A stretch of 64,000 bases of DNA from Flaccisagitta enflata (Eukaryota), in the NCBI GenBank assembly GCA_965153355.1, contig OZ231126.1, forward strand, positions 33,232,001 through 33,296,000. The letters are read 5' to 3'. The first letter of the stretch is position 1. Each line of letters starts with the position of its first letter. The notes under the pieces were generated by a model. That model made no database searches. It worked only from the letters and a program-made list of their open reading frames with translations, and was not told the DNA's origin. A program made the translations under genes and the position numbers. Of the stretch, positions 54,893 to 64,000 are shown one piece after another.

Positions 54893-55563
54893 GATTAGTT
54901 GATGAGGCCTAGAAATGGCAAAAGGGTTAAGTTGTGATGGAAGGGAGGGATACACATAGTTGAGTACGAGGTGTGATGTGAGCAAGCATGGGGAAGTTTG
55001 ACATAATGTAGCTTAAAGGAAAACACAAATTTAAAAAATCATTTTTTACATACATGTATCATCGGACAAATGGCGAGAATTCCATTTGATGAATTAACGG
55101 TCTTACGAAGCGGTTGCAGGGGTAGAAATGAGGATGCGGATTGAGGATCAGGGGATGAATGGGATCGCAGTTAATTGTCTACATTTGCATATACGATTGT
55201 TTGCGTTTGCACCGGAAGTCATTTGTAGACGCGGCGCCGAATAATCGCGCCGAGTCTGAATTTGAAACATTTCGCGAGAAATGATATTTTCACTCCTCCA
55301 TTCCAATTTTCTCTTTTCTCGAAGATTGTTTACATCGTTTTGAACCACTTATCATCAGACATCACGCTTCACTTGACGTTCATTCTGTCTGTTTGCGCAC
55401 TCTCTGTTTCACTGTCTTTCTCTTTTCGTTTTATTCCGTGGCTTCGTTCAATTTGCGTGTCTACTATAAAGCGTTCTGTCTGTCGGTCCCTCTTTCTGTC
55501 TTTTTACAGTATCTGTCTGTCTATCAGTATTTCATTCTATCTTCCACATGCCACATTCTTGTG

Positions 55564-55640
<77 letters not shown>

Positions 55641-55793
55641 TTCGTTGCGTCGCAGTTGGAATTTCAAATAAACACTGATCACAACCAAAACCGATTACGC
55701 GACAGAGTTTCTGGCACCTGAATCTTTTTTTTTACAAATCTTTTCAAATCTATATAAGATCTAGTGTCGTTTGAAATCTCATAATACGAATAG

Positions 55794-55924
55794 TTTTTTT
55801 AGTCGCGGACACGCGACTCTACACTTTGGTCTGTCGGTCGGTCCGTCCGTCCGTGCGAGATGTTTTTGCACTACTGCTCCTACCCAACCGTCCGCGACTG
55901 GATTGCCGTGTATCCGGCCTTGTT
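55794..55924 (+). mobile_element. HINE-like element, AGTCGCGGAC subfamily
   Basis: AGTCGCGGACACGCGACT ... GTCCGCGACT ... GCCGTGTATCCGGCCTTGTT. Confidence 0.85.
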
Positions 55925-56545
55925 TCCGTTTCAAGAGTGATATGGTTAAAAAAAGGGATCAACGAAAGGACCGCAAAAGAATCAGAAAGCTAGTATTGCG
56001 TGGATGGAATTTACAAATACTGAACTTTGGGTCTCCTGCGATTGGGCAGTGGAAGAGACAAGTGACAGAGCCTTGACTTGAGTGGGATTGCAATGACTTT
56101 TATGCGCGGAAATGTTTTTAGTCGCTTGCTAAGCGGCGCTATAGGAAGATGGCGAAGATGACGCGAAATTGGATGGAATAGTGATTTCTGAGCATCACCG
56201 CCCCCGCCTTGCCAAAATATATCCCCCACCCAATCACACACCTGCCCACCCGCAAGCAATGTACTTCCATCGCACGCGCAAGAGGGCGACTAACGATTTA
56301 GTTTTTAAGAGCGTCCATGACCTTACCATCCAAACACCAAATCTATTCATGCAGATTCTTCATCCACATCAAGATAAACTGACCCTCTGATGAGCTCACT
56401 TGGAGTTCTTGAATATTCATTTGAGTTCGAAAGTAGGGATTCTAATATCGTCTTCATGAGTCAACTCATTTGTTGCATTAGCTGATTTATGATTACTTTT
56501 AGTTTTACTCAATTTCTTAATTTTTCAGCGTTGTGGATTTTTACG

Positions 56546-57500
56546 GGTCATTTCCACAATAAACCAGACCAGCTGAAATTCATGATGTAACAGGCAAAAA
56601 AAATTGTTTTTATTATGCTAATCTTTTTTTTTCATAATAGAAGCTGTTCTAATACATAACCTGGGATTCAGTACCTAGCTAATATCCTTCGAACTTAAAA
56701 TTTTGATAGGCTATGTAGCAAAAAAAAGCCAAAATTACCCCTTTTTAGTCGCAGACACGCGACTACACCTTGCCGTGTTGGTCGGTCCGTTGGTCGGTCC
56801 ATCCATCCGTCGGTCTGTCACATTTATAAATTCCGAGCGGTTTTCGCATTACTGCTCCTGCCCAACCATCCGCGACTGGATTGTCGTGTATCCGGCCTTG
56901 TTTATGTCACACTGATGTCACACTCAAAATCACTATGAAAAAGACATAAAAAAATTATTAAACCTACCCAACCATAGGTCATTTTTGTTTTATTGCAATC
57001 CCTAAAGAAGAACTAAAGATTTTATGGTGAGCAGTTGTCATTTACTATGGAAAAATTTCACTATTAGTTGATTTGTTTAAAATGATGATTTATTTGATTT
57101 TGACATATAGTAGTATACTATTCTTTAAATGGCAATATCTTAGGTATTATGGGAAATTTCTTTTTCTCCCTTTAGTACAGACATAACCCAAGTTACATGC
57201 AAAATTTCAGACCTTAATGTCAATTCTAGCTAGAGATGTTGATTTTTGAAGAGAGTGACGTAATATGTTAATACCGTGTTACACTTATGTTACTCTAATT
57301 ATGATAAAAATTAACATAAATGAACACATTTTAAGTATTAGAATATATTTTTTATATGATCTAAAAGAATATCAAATTCTGAGCATAGGGTTCAAATTTC
57401 AAGCTAATAGGTGCAACCATAATGAAATTATGACATTTTATCAATGTTAACAAATTCAGTCGCCTAATTTCCGCCAGTCTAGTTTATTGTGGAAACTGCC
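56546..57500. mobile_element. TIR DNA element (possibly PIF/Harbinger-like) with nested HINE
   Basis: GGTCATTTCCACAATAAAC ... GTTTATTGTGGAAACTGCC; homologous to 1-392. Confidence 0.75.
56742..56902 (+). mobile_element. HINE-like element inserted in a T-run
   Basis: Empty site visible in the paralogous copy at ~185-202 (TGACATAAAAAAAAAGGG). Confidence 0.88.
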
Positions 57501-57821
57501 TATGAGTGTCCACTTGCGACCCTGTACCGACTCAATTATTGCTTAAACTGCATTCACATCAAAATAACACGGCATATGTGCCATATGTGCCATATGTGCC
57601 CACTTGAAGTTCCCAAATGTACCGTTTTCCTTTAGGGGCTTAAACGTTCACTTGATCCATAAAGAAAAGATTTGCAGTGGGTTGAGATCGAGACTAACCC
57701 CTTTCCTTTCTGAAATCCACTTCCTTTTCTTGTAGATTTACGTTATGAACGCTCAAGTTTGCCGAAATCCATTGATTCCACGCCTCTTTGTCGCCCGCAG
57801 TTCGGGTCTATCTGCGCCTTT

Positions 57822-58050
<229 letters not shown>

Positions 58051-58198
58051 CAAATTTTCTGACTTTTTCTTTCTGCCTTTGTTTCTTTGGTTATTTGACT
58101 GTTTGCTTGTGTCTGTTTCTGCATTTGACTACCTGTTTGTCATTTAAATTTTAATCGTCCTTAAATGACTTTCGTCTTAGTACTTACTGTCTGTCAGT

Positions 58199-58250
<52 letters not shown>

Positions 58251-58687
58251 GCCATTTGAACGTCTTTTTCGTTTTTGAGGAAATCATTTTCATTCACCAT
58301 CCTTGAAAAAAAAGACCGAAAGAAAAAAAAACACCGAAAGAAAAAAAAGACCGAAAGAAAAAATCTACAGAGAAAGGCAAACGGATTTCCATAATTTCAC
58401 CATCAAGCTGGAAAAGAGAAAGGCTATCTTTTTCCTTTTTTCCACTCTGTTCTCCCTAATTTTTTTCTAACTCCGTATAGATAAATGCCAAAAAATGTCT
58501 GTTTTTCTATCCTCCTTTATGCAATATTCTGTCACTCTAAATCTATGACTTCATTTTGCCTACTATCTAGGAAATAATTATGGAATCAAAAAGGTTGCGA
58601 TTTGTTTTATCAACCAAATTCTATTCAAACCATGAAAATGATTGTATTAGCACTTCATGTGACATTTTTGTTAACTGATACCTTCAG

Positions 58688-58887
58688 TTTTTTAGTCGCG
58701 TGCACGCGACTCTACAACCCGCTTTGTCTATCGGTCGGTCGGTTGGTCGGTTGGTCCGTCACACTTTACTTTTTTTTATGATTATATTTCTTTAACCTCA
58801 CTGCTCCTGCCCAAATGATCTGGTGACCTCAAATATGGCCCCTGCCCACCTGCACACGACTTCGGTAGCCGTGTATCCGGCCTTGTT
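58688..58887 (+). mobile_element. Intact HINE-like element
   Basis: Near-identical to 35698-35900. Confidence 0.9.
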
Positions 58888-59506
58888 TTAGCTGGGAGGC
58901 GGTTGATAAAGATTTTCACTCAGTTTAGTAGGGTCTTGTTCTGCTATCTGTGAGTGGTTATTGCCACTTAATTATTTGTTGGAGAGTTTCTATAGTTTTG
59001 CTTGTAATTTCTAAACGGTTTTAGCCACAGAAACCAAATTGCGCTCATCTGGAAGATTTTTTGAGGTAGATTGATTTGCTTTTTTGAAAAAAGTTATTCG
59101 TCTTTCTAGAAGCGGAGATATCTTAAATTTAAGATAACCCTAATTTTTTGTTCAATCATTTTCATTTTTTTGTGACCATTTTGAAAATCAAAGTTTTCAC
59201 TCTTTTGTCCGTAATTTCTAAACGGTTTGAGCTACAGGGACCAGATTGGACTCATCATGAAGATTTTTTGATGTAGATTAATTTGCATTTTTTAAAAAGT
59301 TATTTAGCTTTTTAAGAAGCCAAGATATCTATGGTAGAAGTTGATTCCATAATTATTTCCTAGTTAGTATTCAACCAACTGCTGTCTGATAATCCACCCT
59401 ACATGCTAAAACACGCCATATTGAGTAAATTTATTCGTATCACACGTATGGCAAACTTTGCGTGTGTGTGTGTCTGTGTGAGTGTGCGCGCGCGCGCGTG
59501 TTTGTT

Positions 59507-59645
<139 letters not shown>

Positions 59646-59725
59646 GTTTCGTTTGTATGTATCTGCGTATGTGTGTGTTATGCATCACATATCGAAGGAT
59701 TTAACTCTCTTTAGAAATATACGTA

Positions 59726-60264
59726 CAGTAGATCTCGTCTAGACTTGAGATAACGGGGGCAAGCATTGTAGAAACACAAATGAAGCCAGGGGAGTGATAT
59801 TTAAAACATAGAATAATAAAGGGAAGGTTTATTGTCCATGATAGCTGGTTGCCATGGAAACGCATTTCTATGTATTTTCGCTAAAATATCAATATTTCGA
59901 GAAATTTTTTAGGGAACATTTTTTAGAATTAAATACAACTTTCCCACAGTATGTTCAGTAAGAATGTCGCTCGTTTAGCGGTTGCTAGGGGTCGTCACAC
60001 ATGGATACGCTCCCTAGCAATGGCCAAACGAGCGATATTCTTACAGAACATTCTGTGGGAAAGTTGTAGCAAATTTGATTTTAAGCAATGTTCCCTTATA
60101 AAATCTCTCAAAATATTCATATTTTAGCGAGAATACATGGAAATGTGTTTCCATGGCAACCAGCTATCATGGGGAATTAAGCATTCTTTGATTAGTCTAT
60201 GATCCAAATATCGCTCCCCTGCCTTCATTCGTCTTTCCACAATGCTTGCCCCAGTTATCTACTG
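59726..60264. mobile_element. Palindromic CAGTAGAT MITE (539 bp), TA TSD
   Basis: TA|CAGTAGAT ... ATCTACTG|TA; core homologous to 53925-54234 and 54489-54590. Confidence 0.88.
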
Positions 60265-60282
60265 TACATCTCCTTGCGTCTC

Positions 60283-60321
<39 letters not shown>

Positions 60322-60367
60322 GTCTCTCTCACTTTATCCCTCTCTATCCTCATGTCTCTCTGTTCTA

Positions 60368-62393
60368 CAGTACCTTCCGAGCAAACCCGGCTAAAACTGG
60401 AGGATTAATTTCTGTTACTTTAATTTCATTTTCCAAACTTCATTTTTTGTATCTAACTTAATATAAAGATACTTAATAACTTGAACAAATTTGGCGGTCA
60501 AAAAAAAAACAACTTGTGAAATCAAAGTGAATGAAGACATCAATAAGGAGTGTTCTAACCCAAGTCATTGGATTCAGCAGAAAATTTTACCTATTCTTGG
60601 TCAGGATTCCGGTTAGAGAAAATCGCAATTTTAAGGGTTTTGAAAAAAAAAGATGGACACATCACAATTTTTTGCATAGGGGTTCTAAAAATGCTGTAGA
60701 ACATGATTCTGATATTCATTTTGGCCTAACTTGAGCCAAAAAAATTAGAAACAGTTTTTTATGTAAAAATTGTGTTTTTGCTAAGAAAAACACTAATTTT
60801 TCAATATTTTTTTGTTAATTCTGAAAAAAATTGATGTATTTTGATCATTTACACTGTGCTGATTCAATTTTTTTTTGTTCATACACAATTTCTACTATTT
60901 TTGAAAATTTACACTTGATCTCATTTGCATATTGCGGTTTTACATTTTTAATTTGTAACATGCATGTTTTTTTAAGCACACCAATGAATTTCATACTGGC
61001 AGCATATCTTACTCGTAGAAACAGTTCAAAAATATCAGTTTTTAGAATTTTTTATTTTGGGTCATTTTTTCATTTTTGAGGATTTTAACACAATCTTTGA
61101 ACCTCATAGACCAATTCAAAATTGTTCTAGGTTCACTCAAGTTTCAATTGCCATTGGAACTTTATGTTTGTGTAAAAAAGAAAATTCATAATGTTTCATT
61201 CTATACCATTTTTTTATGATGAATAGCTGTTTTTAGCACAAAAAACCGTTTCTAATTTTTTTGGCTCAAGTCAGGTCAAAATGAATATCAGAATCATATT
61301 CTACAGCCTTTTTAGGTCCCCTGTGCAAAAATTTGTGAGGTGTCCATCTTTTTTCTTTCTTTAAAGCTTTTTGCAACCGGGATTCCTGACCGTTCTAGAC
61401 TACAAGAACAGCTCAAGCAGACTATTATTTCAAGTTTTATGGCCATTTGAAGTTTTTAAGGACAATTGTCCTAAATCATTTTGAGACAATTGTCCTTAGA
61501 AACTTAAAATAACTGTAAAACCTGATATAATTGTCTGATTGAGCTGTTCTAGTAGTCTAGGATAGGTAAAATTTTCTGCTGAATCCAATGGTCTGGAACA
61601 CTTCATATTGATGTCTTCATGCTCTTTGATTTCACGAGTTATCTTTTTTGACCGCCAAATATGTTCAAGGAATTAAATATCTTTAAATTAAGTTACTATC
61701 TTGGAAATAAATATACGGACACCTAACCATGATTATAGCAGCTAAACTTTCATATCCAATAAAAAAATGAAAGCAGATCCATAAACTATGACAAAAAATC
61801 TTCCATTCAAGACCAAGAAAAGCTTGGTAGCTCAATCCGTTTCCAAATGAAAGCGTTTTGAAGGAAACTGTCATTATACCAAAATCTGATTTAGAGGTTT
61901 TCAGTTCATATCTTCAAAAGACAACCTACATTGAAATAGCTCTCAAATCTAAACGGATTGAGCAAAATCATTCTGCTTGATCTCAATAGATCACATTTTT
62001 GACAAATCTTTTGATTCTTGAAAAAATTGAGGACTGCAGTCAATCGTAATGCCCTGAAATTATCTAGTAATAAAAGAAAACAAAACTGATTATTTGATTT
62101 TTTTGTTGCTTTTTGAGAGGCAAAGGATACACGGATTCAAGATGAAAAATCATGGACATATCCAATAAAAAGTCAGAACAGAAGCTCTTGATAGATCAAA
62201 ATACCATATGATGACTAAGAATTTAATGATTTGGGCATATACTTCATTCAGTGAGTGAAAAAGCTAACTTTTCTCCAGCTGTCCGTATATTTATTTCCAA
62301 GGTAGTAGATACAAAAAATGAAGTTTGGGAAAGGAAATTAAAGTAACAAATATTAATCCTCTAGTTTTAGCCGGGTTTGCTCGGAAGGTACTG
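60368..62393. mobile_element. Non-autonomous Tc1/mariner-pogo-like element with ~88-bp TIRs, TA TSD
   Basis: TA|CAGTACCTTCCGAGCAAACCCGGCTAAAACT ... AGTTTTAGCCGGGTTTGCTCGGAAGGTACTG|TA. Confidence 0.9.
60467..61682. mobile_element. Nested fold-back element (~1.2 kb), possibly Kolobok-like
   Basis: ATAA|AGATACTTAATAACTTGAACAAATTTGGCGGTCAAAAAA ... TTTTTTGACCGCCAAATATGTTCAAGGAATTAAATATCT|TTAA; several internal inverted segments. Confidence 0.7.
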
Positions 62394-62425
62394 TATCTTT
62401 TATATCTTTCTGTCAGTCTCTCTGT

Positions 62426-62517
<92 letters not shown>

Positions 62518-63118
62518 GCAGAATCAAAAATTCTGTTCCGCTTGTCTCCATTCTGCCTTGTCACTTTCTCTCCCTCTTTTTCTCTCCCAAACTGCCATTC
62601 TTTTTCATTGCCTTCGAGTTAGCTCTTCTGTCTTTTACAGAATTCAACTCCTTTTTATTCTCATAAACTTCTTTTGTGACAAATTTCAATATCCATTGAA
62701 CCATTTCTTTTTATTCCATACCATGCATTGATCCTGAACTTTCCCTTGCTCCTTTTTTCTTCTTTTCTTTAAAAAAAAATCATGTTGCTCTACTTTTTTT
62801 CATGATTCGTTTTTCAATGAGTTTATGTCTGGAGGCAATGTTTGCATTTATTGATACTTGCTATCACGAGAGGATTGATTGTTTCACATCGCAAAAGTTT
62901 ACTTAAGCCCAATGTAAAGCTCAAGCAAGCCGCGGAACATCTGTCTTATGAGTTCATTGTAAATGAATTTTCAATCACCAGCAATACTGACATTATATTA
63001 TCGGTACATCACGTTTAGCTAATAAGTTAACATGCACAGTCGGACAAAAAACCCGGTTGCGCAGGCAGGAGGAAAACAGACAATAAGAACTGTGCTACAA
63101 ATGACAAATCCTAAGATA

Positions 63119-63528
63119 TTTTTAGTCGCGGACACGCGACTCTACACCTTGCCGTGTCGGTTGGTCGGTCAGTCGGTCAGTCGGTCAGTCGGTAGGTCGG
63201 TCCGTCCGTCCGTCCTTCCGTCCGTCCGTCCGTCCGTCCGTCCGTCCGTCCGTCCGTCCGTCCGTCCGTCCGTCCGTCACATTTTTGAATTTCCAGCGGT
63301 TTTCGCATTACTGCTCCTGCCCAACCATCCGCGACTTGATTGCCGTGTATCCAGCCTTGTTTTTGGTCCGTTGGCCAGTCTCTCCGTCTGCCGGTAACAC
63401 TTTACTTGTTCGGCATTTAGGGGCGTTTTTAGCAACACTGCCTCTGCCCAAATACTTAACAAGCCTTTTTCATCACTGCCCCCTAGCCACCCGTACGCGA
63501 CCTGGGTAGCCTTGTATCCGGCCTCGTT
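63119..63528 (+). mobile_element. HINE-like element with a second, tandem 3' end
   Basis: AGTCGCGGACACGCGACT, (GTCC)n, first end CCAGCCTTGTT at 63361, second decayed end TATCCGGCCTCGTT at ~63528. Confidence 0.8.
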
Positions 63529-64000
63529 TTAATCATACAAGGAAGAAGAAGGTGTACTTTAAAACAAGCCCGACCGGGCAACAATATGTCCGGACTGTGT
63601 CTCCATATAATATCTTTCTTTGGACTGACTTGGAGAGTGCGCAAATAAAACCAACCCGAAATCAAATGCTAAAAACTTCTATTGTACAAAGCCACATTAT
63701 AACGTCCGTCAGAACCTGAGTTTGACAAATAAGCACTCTTTAGTACATTGGAGAAGAGATAAAAGCGTCTAATATCAATTAGCAACGGTCAGCATCAATT
63801 AGCAATAAGCAACATCAATACTTACACTTAGCGCTCCCAAACGCAACTCTCGACTTGCAAAGGCACGCTCAGGTATTTATATCAGAAACAACGATGACGT
63901 CACAGACACACAGCACGCTCAACGCGAGAGGTAAGGAGAGAAACCAGGTCCTTTTTTAATGAGACACAGATCACCAGGCACACATCACACAGATCAAACA

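Noticed and set aside
55180-55260. Octamer (ATTTGCAT) plus ETS (CCGGAAGT) motifs as a promoter or snRNA enhancer
   Set aside because: Short motifs expected by chance in 64 kb; no snRNA or transcript identifiable nearby.
56383-56445. Hammerhead ribozyme candidate (CTGATGAG...CGAAA)
   Set aside because: Stem II is poor and there is no stem III or cleavage triplet; CTGATGAG hits at ~17105, ~42905 and 53791 also lack a properly placed GAAA.

Overview
AT-rich, repeat-saturated eukaryotic (most likely invertebrate animal) non-coding DNA. I found no credible protein-coding gene, rRNA or tRNA gene; nearly all ORF-track entries are read-throughs of microsatellites, satellites or mobile elements. Main contents: (1) a complete 8.0-kb LTR retroelement on the - strand (37755-45766) with ~98% identical 485/484-bp LTRs, a 4-bp CTAC TSD, a tRNA-Gly(GCC)-type PBS and a PPT, but no recognisable gag/pol, inserted into the 5' palindrome of a Helentron-type element; (2) a ~10.3-kb array of a 71-bp G/T-rich satellite, split by a 2.95-kb insertion with TAGGT...ACCTA ends and a 7-bp target duplication; (3) roughly 25 non-autonomous Helentron-like (HINE/DINE-1-type) elements in several subfamilies with co-varying subterminal inverted repeats, some carrying their own tandem arrays; (4) about a dozen MITE/TIR elements, some nested, one family carrying RFX X-box-like palindromes; (5) an 18-bp minisatellite with a 126-bp higher-order period and many long microsatellites. 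All calls were made by eye; superfamily assignments are inferences from termini and TSDs.
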